A DNA stretch of 64,000 nt, from assembly GCF_009914755.1 (NCBI RefSeq), contig NC_060932.1; one strand, given 5' to 3'. The translations under genes and the position numbers were made by a program. Below the pieces are notes generated by a model. It had not been told where the DNA came from. It worked only from the letters and a program-made list of their open reading frames with translations, and made no database searches. Within the stretch, counting starts at the first letter, position 1. Each line of letters starts with the position of its first letter. This document shows positions 49,706 through 63,866 of this stretch, in pieces. The stretch comes from the human T2T-CHM13v2.0 reference genome, Homo sapiens.

Positions 49706-52700
49706 CCAGGAGCTCCTCACGCATGCAGACTCTGCACCACCCGCCCGCCCGCCTGCTCTCTGAGGTGCTGGCCTGAAGGGCCCCCCGCCCAGCCCCAGCC
49801 CTACCAGGATTGGACAACCTGGGACCCCGGCTGGGAGGTCAGGAGCCAGGGGTCATGCAGCCCTGCCTTGGCTCCCGTATGACACCGCAGGCTGCTGTGC
49901 TCCTGGGATTTGGCATCACCATCCCCTGCTCCCAGGCCCTGGGCCTCACGAGGGCACAGCACCACGGGAGGGGCAGGCAGCAGAGGGCGGCGGGAGGCAC
50001 CCCTGTCCCAAGAGGTCCCGGCCCTGCCTAGTGGCCCTTTAGGCTCCCACAAATTCCCAGGGACCCTTCCTGAGGCAGAGGGAGTTGGCTCTGCACTGGA
50101 CATGGCTCGGGGCTCACAGATGGGGACAGTCATTGCCTACTGAGCGCCAGCAGGTGCTGGGAGTTGGGTCAGCTTCTCTCCAAGGTCTTGCCTTCCCTAG
50201 GAGATGAGGGAGATGCTGAGACCCAGAGGGCAGAGCCTCCTCCTCGCCAGGTCCCAGCACCACATCCCCAGACACCATGGGTGCCCGCATCTGCCCTGAG
50301 CACCCCCAGCTCACTCATGAGGCTCAGCAGTGGGGAGTGTGATGGGACACAGGGCTGGCGGCTTGGGTGGTCACGCTGGTCCCTGAGCTCAGAGGAGCCG
50401 TGCCGGGTTTAGCACTGTGCGATTTTGATTCATTTTTGGACAAAGGGCCTCTGTTTTCATTTTGTGCTGGGCCCCAGCCATTATGCCACTGGTCCCTCCT
50501 ACCAGGGTCTCCTTCCTGGTCCTAGGGTGGGGGTGGGGAGCCCACTGTGCTGTGTGTTTCTGGAAAAGCAGGTGGCAGCAGAGGTCCTGTGGTGAGACAA
50601 GGAGGGCCCTGCTGTGTGCCGGGCACCTTGCTGAGTCTCAGAACAGCCGGGAGGGTGATCAGTGTCACCCCACTTTACAGATGAGGAAACTGAGGCACAG
50701 AGAAGGCAAGGGGTATGCCGGGGAACCCGGGCCATAGTGAATGACCGAGCTGCGATTTGTACTCAGGCTCTCCTGGCCCTGAGGCCGCCAGTCCTCAGCC
50801 TGCTGCCATCTGCTGCTCCCAAGAGCCGGGCCGGTGTCCTCAGGAAACCCTCTGAGCTGACCGTGGGGCAGCCAGTTGGGGAGGCTCAACTGGTGAGAAG
50901 CCTGGGTGGTCTGCATGGGCAGGACCAGGGCCATGTGAGCCCATGTCCCTCTGTTGCATCTTGGTCCTAAGGTGCATCCGGTGGCAGATCTGGGGCTTGG
51001 GAGGGCATGGCAGGCTGAGGGGGCTGCAGAGCCCTGGGCAGGCCGGGGGAGCCCAGGGGTGGAGAGGCAGCTGGCAGAAGCGCATCCATCTCTCTGACAC
51101 CGCCTGGTCACTGCACGCTGGCGCTGAGCCTCTGAGCAGCCTGGGTGGTGGGTGGGTCAGGGAAGGTCAGGGTGGGGTCAGCACCCGCCCTAGCCACTGG
51201 ACTTCTCTCACTGTCCCTGGAAAGGGTACCAGGAGGGGCCTTCTCCTCTCCCTTTTTCCCTCTCCCAGGCCAGTGACCTCTGAGGCCCCAAAGGGTCAGG
51301 AATTGCTGAGATCACAGAGGAGGGGGTGCACCAAGCCTGCCCTCTGCTCCCCACTCCAGGGACTATGAAACTCAAATGTCACAGAGTCCTCTAAAAATGC
51401 ATTTGTTCCTTCCTGGGCCAAGTCAGACTGGGGATCAGATCCCCAGTGGAGAGGCAGCACCTGAGGGTGGGGCCCGCCCAAGAGAAGAGCAGGGTGCCTC
51501 AGGGGCAGCAGAGGAAACTGGGCTGCGAGTTCAGGCTGGGTCAGGGCACCGAGCCGGGCAGGGGCTGCTCTGCTCACAGCTGGCAAGCCTGGATCCACGT
51601 GCAGGTGTCTGAAGGAAGGGCTCTGGGACCCCCAGGCCGTCCTCAGGCTCCCCGGCCTTTGGCAGCTTGGGCTGTTCTCCTGGGCCTGGTCCTGCCAGCC
51701 CTCCCTCCGTACTGGGTCCAGGGCTTAGCGGACGCCTTGAGGCCTGCACGCCACCTGCTGGCCGCGCCCCGCCTCGCGCGGTCTCCAGCCGTCCCTGTCT
51801 CCCTCTTTCAGTGGTCCCTGTCTCTCCATCTCTCTACCTCTCCCCCCGCCCTGTCTCTCCCTGCCCCTGCCTCGTCTTTGTCCTGCCTCTCTGTCCCGCT
51901 CTGTCCCCCTCTGTCGGTCTCTAACCCTTTCTGTCCCTCTGTGGCTCCAGCCCTCGGCCCTCCCTAAGGACAGTGGCCGTTCTCCTCACCCCAGAAAGAG
52001 GAGGAGTGGAGAGGGGAGGCCAGGCCCTTTCAGGGCATCCAGACGGAGGCTGGGCCCACAGACTGTGGATCCCAAGAGGAGAGGGGGAGCAGGTGAGGGC
52101 CAATATGGGGGCAGTTGTCTCACCGCCACAGACACCCTGTCCCCAGAGCTGGCGGTCAGGGAGAAGGCACAGGGCGGGAGGGGTGCATACCCCTCCAGCT
52201 TCACCCTTGGATCCGCACCCCACCCCACAAGCATGCCCCACTGAGCTCCAGAAATGTGGGCCTCTCCACACCCCTCAGCAGCCTCTGCAGGCCCCAGACC
52301 CACTCCTGGAGACTGAACCCCACCTGAATGTGCCCCTTTCCTTTCCAAAACCTCCAGGACTAAAGCCTCAGCCCTCCTCCTGCCCTCCCTGCCTGAGGGA
52401 GCTGAGAACAAGCACCTGAGTGGCTTGGCTTCCACCCAGGCCTCCCCTGCCCTGACAGCCCCGCCCCTCATCCCAGGGAGCTCCTCCTTCCTAGAGCCCT
52501 CAGTCTCTCCCCAGGGCCTGCCTGGCACCCACGGTCTCCCTCAGATCTGAGATGCCCCATTCCAGGGTCTGCACAGGCCTGGGAGATCTGGGGATCCTCA
52601 GGGTGGAGGTCAGGCTCCCCCAGACACTGAGCTCGGCCCTGGGAAGTCAGGTTTTCCATATGCGGGACAGAGACCCAGAGACTGACAGAGAGAAGGAGGT

Positions 52701-53109
52701 GAGATGGGCAACCGGGGGCAGCCAAGCGGCTTCTCAGTGCCCAGGCGTTGCCTGTCCCCCAAAACACAGGATGGAGACACGGAGACCCCAGGGCCCCCAG
52801 TTCAGCCTCAGGAGCCCTAGGAGCCCACCCTTGCCAGAGGCGGAAGGCTAAGGTATGCACATAGCCACTGGTGAGTGCACTGTTGCCCAATTTTCATAAG
52901 CAGGAGCTGCTCCAGGAGCCATGAATCTCCCAGGAACCCTGCTACTGGCCGTGGGAGGGGTGGGCCAGATTCTAGATGCCATTCTCACCCAGAGGCGTGC
53001 TCACCAAGGTCTACTGCTCTCCCACAAGGGGCTCAGGCTCTGACCTGAATGCTGAATGTTCCCACATGAATTGCCATAATTATTGTCACAACCACTTCCT
53101 CCAACCCCA

Positions 53110-54255
53110 CTGTCAGTCATCACCTCCATCACCACCATCAAAACCACCAACTCTCCCACCACCACAACTATCACCACTACCACCACCATCACCCCCTCAA
53201 CTGCCATCAACAGCATGGCCTCCTCGCACTATCACCACCATTGTGATCACCACCACCGCCACCATTATCATCTTAATTGCCATCAGCACCATCACCACCC
53301 ATCTACCATCATCACCATGGCCTCCCATCACCACCACCCCACCGCAGCCCCTTCCACCACAGCATCATAACCACACTCTCCACACTACACCAAACCACGA
53401 GCAGCACCCCACGTTCATTCTTCACCAACATTTCCATCCAGGAACTCCGTTACATCCCCACCACACCCACCATCTTACTGGTAAACTTCCTATCATCATC
53501 TCCACCTCTACCAACCTCATTTTCTCCCCCACTACCCCAGGCAGTCCTACCACCACCAGCAAAACCACCACTTCAACTATTAATCAATGCAACTGTCATA
53601 GCCAGCACCACCAAAGATTTCCATCATCACTGTGTCCACTGCCATCAACCCATAATCGTGACCTCCCACTGTCACCACACCACAAACGTGACCTCCCACA
53701 GTCACCACCCCACAGCCATAGCCATGACCTCCCACTGTCACCTCCCCATAACCATGACCTCCCACTGTCACCACCTTCAAAACCATGACCTCCCACTGTC
53801 ACCACCTTCATAACCATGACCTCCCACTGTCACCACCCCATAACCATGACCTCCCACTGTCACCACCTTCAAAACCATGACCTCCCACTGTCACCACCTT
53901 CATAACCATGACCTCCCACTGTCACCACCCCATAACCATGACCTCCCACTGTCAACACCCCATAACCATGACCTCCCACAGTCACCACCCCTATAACTGT
54001 GACCTCCCATTATCACCACACCATAACCATGACCTCCCACTGTCACCACCTTCATAACCATGACCTCCCACTGTCACCACCCCCATAACCATGACCTCCC
54101 ACTGTCACCACCTTCATAACTGTGACCTTCCACTGTCAGCGCTTCATAACCATGACCTCCCACTGTTACCACTACTCATTGTTATTCCCATCATCAACAT
54201 CTCAGTCACCATCACCACACCACAGTGCTTGCCACTTCCCCCTCACTACCACCAC
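53110..54255. repeat. CAC-rich low complexity with an internal 30-31-bp minisatellite (about 53650-54175, about 17 copies)
   Basis: ATAACCATGACCTCCCACTGTCACCACCCC repeated. Confidence 0.93.
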
Positions 54256-56689
54256 CTTCATTATGTGAGCACCCCAACTCCAGGTTGCTTTCTGGCTGAC
54301 AATGGATTTTACTGATGAGGGTAAGGCTTTGAGTGTAAGGTATTGGGTTCAGATTCCGGTCATAGTCATTATTGGCTAAGTGTCTGTGGGCAAGTTTTTC
54401 AATCCACTTTCCTAAGGCACAGAAAGGACAGGATATCCCAATTCAGACCTTGTTTCCTGTAATAGGGAATCCCTGAAAATCATATTGGCTGCCTAGCTTT
54501 CCAGAGGCAATGGATTAGGCTGTGAGTCCCTGCAGCCCCATCTCCTCACCCAGCCATGTGGAGGGTCTCCCAGAGTGCATGGCTCATGGGATGGCTTAGT
54601 TGAGCCAGCAATCAGAATGATGATGCTCTGTCACCAAGCCTCTGGAAGATTCCACTTCGTTTCAAAGATCAGATGAAACCCCAGCTGGTGAGCAGCTCCT
54701 GCACCCAGAGCTGGGTGTGGAAGACCCCGCCACACTGAAGGCTTTTCAAGCTTGGCCTTGGAGGAGACTTGCTTCTAGCCCATTTCTTCAAACAAGCTGT
54801 CACTAAAGAGAGAAGTTTCTCTTTCTGGGGCTACCAGTGCTGAGGGGTCTGATGAATTTCGAAGTGTTTGCTGAAATAGCCATTTTGTGTTCTGACTTCT
54901 GACTCTCAATCTTCTCGGTGTGAAGTTGCTGAGCAACAATCAAGAACCTGCCTGTGCTGCAGTAATCATCGCAGTGGTGACAGCGCCCACCTGGCAGTCG
55001 GACAGCAAGGATTAGGTCAGGCAGAGCCTGGCACACAAAGCGCTTGTTCCACGTCACTCTTCGGCTGTTATTACAATGATTATCATTGGGTATGGGTTTG
55101 CACTGGCCCTGGGCTGGGTCTCCTATTGAGAAAACTCCACAGCCCTCAAGCCTCTCCCAGCCCAAGCAGGCATATGGCACAGGCAGACTGGCAGGAGGTT
55201 ATGGGGGCGATGAGGAACACTTCAAGGGTGCTGCAGACCATGTCTGTTCCTGAGGCTCCTCCTGTGTCCGCCAAGGGCCAGCTCCAAGTTCCTGCATGGA
55301 GGATGCCCTCTGACTCAGACACATTTCCTGCCCTGGGCTCCCACAGACCTGGGGCACCCCTGAATGCTCATTGTGCCACCAGCCCGGGAGCACCTTGAGG
55401 GCATAGACCATGCCCTGCTCATGCCTGAATGACCAGCACCTGGCCCAGCCCCCACCGGGGATACTCAGTGAGCCTGCTGGGGGGCAGGTGCAGGTGTCAT
55501 ACCCATCTACCTCACCAGGGGCGAGAACAGCAGCTGCCCCACTCCCAGGCTGCTTTGCTGAGCCTCTTGCCAAGTTAGGGGGACCCAGAACCACCCAGCC
55601 TGAATCTGAGACTTAGCCCTGGCTGAGCTCTACTTCCAGGATGGTGAGGGAACCCAAGAGTCCAGGAGCAGTGGTGGGCAGCAGCAGCTCAGCCTCTGAA
55701 ACCCACGCTTGTCAAGCTTCCCAAGGACAACACTTTTTTGCCCTTCTTGTTTCTAATTAAAAAGAATTAGTCAGCAGAGTGGCATGCTTATGGACAGTGC
55801 CGAGTGACATTACTGCATGGCTTTATTCATCAATGGGAGGGGCAGATGCCGTCCTACTGGAGACTGGCACAGAATCTTGTTCTCTGCGACTATCTGCTTG
55901 GAAGCCCAAGCCACCTACCAGCTGAACCAATGACTCATTATACTTTTTTCTGACTCCTTCTCCCTCTCTCTCCTTCTCTCCCACCCTCCTTTCTTCAGGT
56001 TTGGCTGGACCCGCCAAGAAAAGGCATCGTGCAGAAGCACTGTACAGGTATTGGACCCCCTCCCCCTTACAGGTGAGCCTGCTGAGGCAGGGAGGGGCCC
56101 CCAGAGAGGAGGGGGCAGAAGTGGGCACAGAATCCAGGAGTGTGACTCCTCAATTAGGGAAGAGCCTGCCACACAAGGTGGGCTTGCCCCAGACAGAGAG
56201 GTCCCTGGGAAAGGGAGGTCTCAGGAGCAGGGACTCAGCTTTGAGCTCAACCTGGTCACTTTCCCTCTCTGGCCTCAGATTTCTTCAATGGACACTGGGA
56301 ACATTAAGCCATGTCACCTGCCCAGGGTACAATCTGAGGACAAGTGGAACATCCAGGAATGGGGTTGTCATCTCCACTCCATCCTGACTCTGGAGAAAAC
56401 AACACTCTCTCTCCCACAAATGCCTACAAGAGGCCGGAGAGACGAAAACTGCCTTGGCAATGGGTCATACCGGCCCTCAGCCCTGGTCTCTCTTTCTGGG
56501 CTGATAGGGAGGGGCCTGAGTCCATTCCACAGCCTCCATGGAAGGCAGCCTTTCAGAAACTAAAGGGAATGTCCCCTGCCAGCCCACAACAGCCCCGAAG
56601 AAGGCATGGTCTAAATCTGTAGACAGTCAGCTAAGCCAGTTTTAGGAAGAGCTGTCAGTCCACTTGTGGCCTCAGAGCCTGACAGTCAA

Positions 56690-57780
56690 TAGTCACTACC
56701 ATCATTACCACCCATGACACCCACCTGGCCAACGCCCTCATTGCCTCCACCAAAACCAAATGTCACCACCACCACCAATTCCAACACTGACACAAATGCC
56801 CTCAATTACCACCCCCAACCTATCACCTTTGACATCACCATGATGGTTATTACTGTCATTACTCTCACCATCATCATCACTATCCCAGATAATGATATCA
56901 TCATTGTCTTCACCATCATAACTATTACCATCATATGAGCATCGGCATCGCCATTATCATAATCATTACTATCATTATTATTGATAGTGATATCACCATC
57001 ACCACCATCACCATCATCGTCATCACCATGACCATCATTATCTTCACCATCATCACTATCACCATCATCATCATCACCATCACCACCATCACCATTATCA
57101 TCACCATTGCCATCATCACCATCACCATCATTATCTTCATCATCACTATCACCATCATCATCACCACCATCACCATCATCATCACCATCACCATCATCAT
57201 CACCACCATCATCATCACCATGATGGATAATAATATAATCATTGTCTTCACCATCACAACCATCATCATCATCACCACCACCATCATTAACACTATGATG
57301 GATAATATCATCTTCACCATCATAACCATCACCATTACTATCATCACCATCACCATCAACACCACCACCACTATCATCATGATTGCCATCATCACCATCA
57401 TCATCACTATCACTGTCATCATCACAGTCATTACTATCACTATAATTGATAGTGATATCAACACCATTATTATTAGCAGCAGCAGCATCACCATCACAAC
57501 CATCATCACCATCATCCTCATGAGTTCAACAACACTATCATGATTATCACCATTTTTACCACTGTCATTCTCATGACCTTCATTACAACACCGTCACCAT
57601 CATTGCTACCATTAATATCACCTCCACCTCAACACGATCATCATCATTATCATCGTCAGCGCTAGCATGGTCATCTTTCCCATCATCATCTTCATTAACA
57701 TAATCCTCATTGCCCTCACTTTTATCTTTATCATCACCCCATTACAATGAAACTACAACCCCCATCACTTTCAACACCAA
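56690..57780. repeat. (CAT/CAC)n-derived trinucleotide low-complexity tract
   Basis: ACCATCATC runs; explains the Ile/Thr and Met/Val pseudo-ORFs. Confidence 0.93.
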
Positions 57781-59409
57781 TACGCTCCAGGCCCAACTTC
57801 CCATTGTGGCCATACTCATCATCTGTGTAACTGTTAATACCATGATCAGTGTAATCATTCTCCCATCTACCCATCTTACCTACCCCTAACCTTCCACTCT
57901 CCCATCTAGAAATTCATCCCCCACCCAGCTTCTGCCCCACCCACCCATCCACCCTCCTAAGGCCCAAGAATGGATAAGCCCAAACTGCAGTCCTCCTAGA
58001 ATCTGACATGAGCAGATCTTTAGGGCACAGCCCTCCAGGGGCTCTAGAAGTGTGCACCAGAGACTCTGGAGCCCAGAACGAGAGGTCACTGGTGCTGCTG
58101 GGGTCTCAGGACAAAACCTGAGCGACTCCTGAGGAGTGGATGGGGAGGTGATGGGCCAGTGGGCAGCTGTGCAAGCCCGGAAGACTCTGTTCCTTTCCTC
58201 TCTGTCCAGGCAAGGGTCAAGAGGCTCTGAAAGGAATACATCCCTGGGATCAGAGATGGGATGACTCTAAGGTGTGAGGTCCCAGGGAGTCAAGCTCCTC
58301 TGCCAGACCCTCAGCTAGTGAGTCGGATTCCTTGCTCACTCTTAGTTTGCTTAGCAAGGAGCCCTCATGTTGATTTATCTTTTTTTGCTCAACAATGCTT
58401 TATTGGAGACTTCCTTTGGTGACAGGGGGCATTGGGGAAGTCCATAGGTGACTCATCACACCTTGATGTTGAGGAGTTCCTGGTTTGTTTGCAGGTGAAC
58501 TTTGCCGGATATAGGAAGTGCTGAGAGCTGCAGGGGTCCAGGGATGGCTCAGCCTCAGGGAGGGGCAAACACCCTGAGAACTGGGACACCAGGGAGTGGG
58601 GAGCTGGGCAGGGACCTTCCAGCCACCTCACAGAGAAGAAGACTGGGGTCTAGGTGGGTGCCCCGAAGGAGCCCCATCAACAGTAGCCTCCTTCCAGTGT
58701 CTCTAGCACCCAGGACTCCCACCCTCTGCTGGCATTGGTGCTCCCAGCCTGGTGAGAGCAGGGACCCAGGTCCCTTGATTCCAGCTGTGATACAAGTTGG
58801 GAAGCAAGTCCCCTTCTCCACCTGTCCCCACACTCGCTCTCTCAGCCTCCTCCCAAGGAAAGCCCACCTCTTGCTCTGGCAGAACAAGGGTGGAGGGCCT
58901 GGGTCTTCAACCACGTTGACCATGTTTATTCTGCTCAGGGCCTGGCTCGATGGCTCGATGCTACTCGCCCCCCACCCCTACCCCACTTCCATTTCTGCGA
59001 GGGGAGTGCTGGGTCCAGCCCTGAGCAGAACAAACTTGGCCATGTGCAGAAACATGAGACACCCACGAGGAACCATCTCTCAGCACCATTTCAGAGGCAG
59101 ACCCCAGAGGGAGACCACTCTCATCATCCAGGATCCTGCAGAGCGATGGTCAACCCTGCCAAGAACAGCCACTGTCTCAGGTCAGACTCCCTGGAAGGAG
59201 AGCATACAATGGGGCCTTTTGTTCAAGAGCTTTACTAAGGGAGTCTCTCAGGAGAAGCAGAACCGGGAGGGGGGAAGAGCTCGGCAAGGCTTTGTTCTTA
59301 GCCAGAAGCCAGCTTCAGTTGGTCTCACAGGGGGCTCTGGGGCATGAAACCACTGAGTGAATGCCCCTGGAGGTGGAGGGTGGCCTACCCGATCCCATGC
59401 CAGTCAGTG

Positions 59410-59638
59410 CAACAAATTTCCCAGAACCAAGGAGTGCCAGACAGCAGGAACTGTTTGTACCCTCACTTGGTCTCTGTGATCAGGAACTCAGAAGGGGCTC
59501 AGCTCAGGGTGGCTCTGAGCTACAGTAGAGGTGCCAGCTGGGCTGGGTCATCTGAGGGTTCCACTGAGGAGGCGTCTGCTTCTAAGCTTATTCACACAGC
59601 GTCTGGCAGAGGCCTCAGTTCCTCACTGGTTGTCGACT

Positions 59639-59640
<2 letters not shown>
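59410..59640 (-). mobile_element. Old MLT1-like LTR fragment
   Basis: TCAGGAA..GGCTCAGCT..GTCATCTGAGGG..CTGCTTCTAAG..GCCTCAGTTCCTC pattern. Confidence 0.45.

Positions 59641-59641
<1 letters not shown>

Positions 59642-59671
<30 letters not shown>
59642..59671. repeat. (CA)n microsatellite
   Basis: Directly visible. Confidence 0.95.
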
Positions 59672-59672
<1 letters not shown>

Positions 59673-60086
59673 AGCTCCCCAGGGGGGCCCAGGGGCACTC
59701 TCAGACCCAAGTCGTTCCTGACCCTCCCTGGCCCTTGCGGGGGCATCAGTGAGCAGCAAAACAGCCGAGGGATCAGCGCCTCTCCTTCAGCACCTGGGAC
59801 AGGGCTCGCCCAGGGCCGCCGGGGCGCTGGAGCTGCCAGGGGCGCAGGCGACAGCCCTGCCCCGTGTGGGCAAGGGGCAGGTGGCAGGGGCCCACCCCAC
59901 CAGGCGTTTCTGGACAGTCTGAGGGCCAGACCCCTCTCCCCTGGTGGCCCCAGGACAAATGCCCCTGAGAACCACGAGCGAAAGGGGAGTGCAGGGAGGG
60001 CGGGGAGACGCAGCCACCTCGCTCTGGGGTAAGGGTCGCCTCCGCCCCTTGCTCACTCAGGCTCCTCACGGAAAATGGGGAGGATG

Positions 60087-60144
60087 GGGGGGCCTCCCCT
60101 CAGAGGCTTGTCGGGGGGCCTCCCCTCAGAGGCTTGTCGGGGGG
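60087..60144. repeat. Perfect 26-bp tandem duplication
   Basis: GGGGGGCCTCCCCTCAGAGGCTTGTC x2. Confidence 0.9.
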
Positions 60145-62394
60145 CACTGCAGGGATGTGGTACAGTGGGGGCCACCTCTCTCTGGTGGTCAACCCACCCC
60201 CACCCCTTGCCAGGTTCATCCGGTGAAGCCCAGGATCCCTCTTCTCTGAGTGTGATGAAGGAGGCCCCACCCACACTCATAGCCAGTGAGGCAGTGGCCA
60301 CTCTCTGGGGCCATGGCCCTGCAGGCGAGGCTGTGGTACTGGTGAGGCAGAATTGTGATGCCAGAGGAGGTAGCACCATGGTGCCGGAGTCAGGGGACAG
60401 CATCGTAGAGGGCACTGGAAGGAGAAGGCTGCTGCTGTGGTTGCGGGGAGAGGGGCCACCCCATCCAGCACCATGGCCCCGCCTCATCCAGCATCATGGC
60501 CCCGCCCCCTCCAACACCAGGACTCTGCCCCATCCAGGACCATGGCCCAGCTCCAGTAACCCCGGAGAGGGAAGATCTATGCCTCTTCTCTGCAAGGTCC
60601 CAGTCCCTGGGCTCAGCCAGTGTCTCCACAGGGCCCCTTGATGCAGGGGCTGTCTGAATGGGTACAGGGCAAGGCAGAAATTTGCTTCCCCTGAGGGCCA
60701 CCGCCAGCAGGGCGTTCTGGGGCCATCCCACCCTGGGACCTCTCAACACCCTGCCAGTCCTTCTTGCCATGTCTCAGGACAGCCTCCTGACCCCTGCAGT
60801 AGAGGCCACTGGCACTAGCTGGTGACTGAGAAAGACCAAAGTCCAGGAACCCATGGCCTCTGAGGGTGGAGCCTGGAGTAAAGGGGTCTTTGTTCTGGTG
60901 CCCAGGGGACCTCCCCACTGCTGGGAAGTTGTAGCCCTGGGTGCTCTCCCAGGAGCTACCTGGACAGGCTGGGGGTCCAAACTCCGGGGACTTCAGCTGT
61001 GACACCTCTCCTCCCACTACAATGAGTCAGCTCCCCGGTCCACCCCCAGGACTGCTGCCTGTCACCCAGAGGACCTGCACCCTCAGTCAGTGTGGAGCTG
61101 TGGTGGGGGCGAGAGGAGAGGAGTGTGACCAGGGACTGCACTGAGTCACCGTGGGGGAGGAGGCAAGAAGACAGCTCTTGACTTCTCTGGGTTAGGAGCA
61201 AAGCTCACACCTGCAGACACCCATCCCATGGTCTCACCCTCCATACGGTCCACAGGGGACGGGGCCAGGGCTCAGTGCGTGCCTGGGGTTGGAGTAGGTT
61301 TGGGGCCAGGACCGGGTCTGGTCCTCCTGTCCAAGCTGCCAGAAAGAAGCATCCGTTATTAGGCTGGAGTTCTGGTCTTTGGGCCTCTGTTGGCCCATAC
61401 ATGTCCACATTCCACACTTGCTGCCGGCACTCAGGTGTGCCCTCCCAGCATCCGTCCCTGCAGCCATGGCCTCCATTCATCCTGCCCATCATGTAGGAAA
61501 CACACTGCCTGCCCTGTGCCTGGCACTCTGGCACCCCAGAGGAATTAGCCTGGCGTGAGCCCAGGAAGGAACAACTTTCCTGTTGACACCGAGGGGTCCG
61601 TGCTTGGGCACTGAGGTCTCCCTGGGGGCGGCGAGGAGCCAGAGGGAGAAGGGAAGATTTGAAGGTGGAGTGTTCTGGGAGATGACAGGGACCTGGGGTG
61701 GCCATGGGAGGGGACAGCAGAAGGTATGGGAGGGGGGCCATCGGAGGTATGGAAGGAGAGGCGAGCTTTTCTGAGCTGTCCCTGGGAACAAGGACAGAAA
61801 GGCGAAGAGGAAGAAAGCAGGCTGCACAGGCCCTCCTCCCTGTCCCCCGTGAGGCCTCAGTGAGCCCCTGCCCAGCGCCGGGCCCCTGTCCACCCAGCCC
61901 GTCCTGTGGCGCAACCTCTAATGCCTGCCCTTCCCTGCATATCCTGGGCTCTCCCCAAGAACCCACCTCCCCAGGATTTGGACCCAGGCCCCTGCTCCAG
62001 TGAGACTGGGGCCTTTGGGAGCCCCAAGGAAATGCGGCTCCCCCAGCCCTGCTGGCCCCTTGCTGCCCCAGGCCCCACCCTAGCCCCTGCCACAGAGGCC
62101 CCAGGCCCCACCCCAGCCCCTGCCAGGGGCTTCCTTGCTTCCTCCACTCCCCTCCTTTCCTCCGAAATTTGCATCTCACCTTCCTGCAGGGCCACTGCAC
62201 CCAGCCTTCCAGAGGCCCTCTTGGATCCTCTGGCCCTGGCCCCGCTGCCATCCCACAGGTCACACAGTGCCTGTGGCTCACACACACCTTCACTGCCCAG
62301 ATCCACGCCTGCCCGGCCCCTGGCTGCCCTGCTTCTGGGCTGATCCCGGAGGAACCTGCTTTCTGGGTCGGGGCACCTGCAATCCCTAAAGAGT

Positions 62395-62408
62395 CCAGCA
62401 GAGGGCAC
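62395..62408 (+). promoter_or_regulatory. Candidate CTCF site
   Basis: CCAGCAGAGGGCAC matches the core consensus CCASYAGRKGGCRS. Confidence 0.4.
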
Positions 62409-63366
62409 TGTTTGCTCCCCGAGAGAAAACACAGGAAGCCCAGGTCTGTGTGGAAGGGGGTCTGTGCCACCCACCCATCGGCACGGTCCACACCCGGCAG
62501 CACAGCCCCTGCCTCCAGCTGAGAGGCTATCCTGGAAGGGGCTGTGACCAAGGAGGCGACAGCCCCACCTGGCCATCTGGCCTCTGCCTAAGGGGCAGCC
62601 AGTGATCTCGGACACCGGGAGCCGCCATGGCCTCCCACCCTCTGGCCTCTGCCTCCCACCGGCCCACTGGCTGCCCGGGGCTGGTCCACAGCTAGAAGGT
62701 CAACTCCTGCCCACGGGCACATCCCCTACCCAGCTCCCGCCCAGCCCTGGGCAGTCTGGGCCACAGCTGCTCCCCCAGGGTGAATCCCTGGCTCTGCATC
62801 TGACACAGGGGGTCGAGGTGCGGAGCAGTGTGCCCAGGGCAGTAGGGCCAGAAGGGGACAGCCAGGCTGCCAGAGAGGGAGTGTGTGCAGAGGCTAGCAT
62901 CCCCAGGCCCAGTTCCTGGCATCCCCTGGCAGTCCCAGGAGACACTGACGTGATGGGCATTTGCACCCACTGATGCTGTCAGAGACCTGTGGCAGCCCCA
63001 GGCTGGCTCCTCCCAGGGTCCGGAGCTCCAGTCTGCTCTTTGGCCGGGAAGAGCAGTCCAGGCTGAGGCCACTCCACAAGGGCATCCGGAGTTGGAGGCC
63101 TGTGGCGATCCCTGAGCTCCAACCTACTGTGCCAGGTGTGGACTTTGGGGGCATGAAATTTCTCAGGCAGGGTAGGCACCAGCCAGATTCAAGGGCTAGG
63201 GCACTGCCCAGCAACCCCTCTGCCAAAGGGCCAGAGAGTGGGACACACCAGCACAGCATCACCCAGAGTGAAGCCAGGGGTCCCTGGAGTGTCCCGAGTC
63301 CCCTGCGAAAGGGGCTGTTGTGGGGACACCCCACAGCCCACCACCTGGCCTTGCCCTCTCCACATC

Positions 63367-63670
63367 TGCTATGGTGCAAATGTGGCCCCTCCAAAACCCA
63401 GGTGTTACCACCATGACAGGATTGAGAGGTGATGAGTCCGTGAGGCCGCTCTCCTGCGGGACCAAGGCCCTTATGAGGCTCTACGCAGTGCCCTCACCCT
63501 GCCCTCTGCCTTCTGCCATGGGAGGGCGCAGCAGGAAGTCCCTCCCCAGACCAGACCTGGTGCCTAGACCTTGGACTTCCTGCCTCCAGAGCTTTGAGAA
63601 ATATATCTCTGCTGTTTAGTAATTGCCCAGCCGCAGGAATTTGTCATCAGGGCACAAACGGACCAAGACA
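63367..63670 (+). mobile_element. MaLR LTR (MST/MLT1A-like)
   Basis: TGCTATGGT..AATGT..CCCCTCCAAAA start; CCTTGGACTTCC..GCCTCCAGA..TGAGAAAT..GGACCAAGACA end. Confidence 0.7.
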
Positions 63671-63866
63671 CCCTCCCAACATCCCTGGCACCCCGCAGGC
63701 CGGAGGAGAGTGGGCAGGGAGGCAGCTCTGCCCTAGGCTTCGGCGGGTGTAGGAACCATGTGTTGGGAGGCCAGGACCGACCACAAGCGTCAGCCTTGGT
63801 CCCCCCACCTAGGCAGTGGGGGACAGGACAGGACTCTGCTCCTCCATTTCAGGCAGGAGAGTCTGA

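Noticed and set aside
56931-57543. Hydrophobic Ile/Thr and Met/Val ORFs
   Set aside because: Products of the (CAT/CAC)n low-complexity tract.
61205-62551. 448-aa ORF, longest in the track
   Set aside because: No recognisable domain or codon bias; Gly/Pro/Trp-rich composition typical of chance ORFs in GC-rich DNA, partly repeat-derived.
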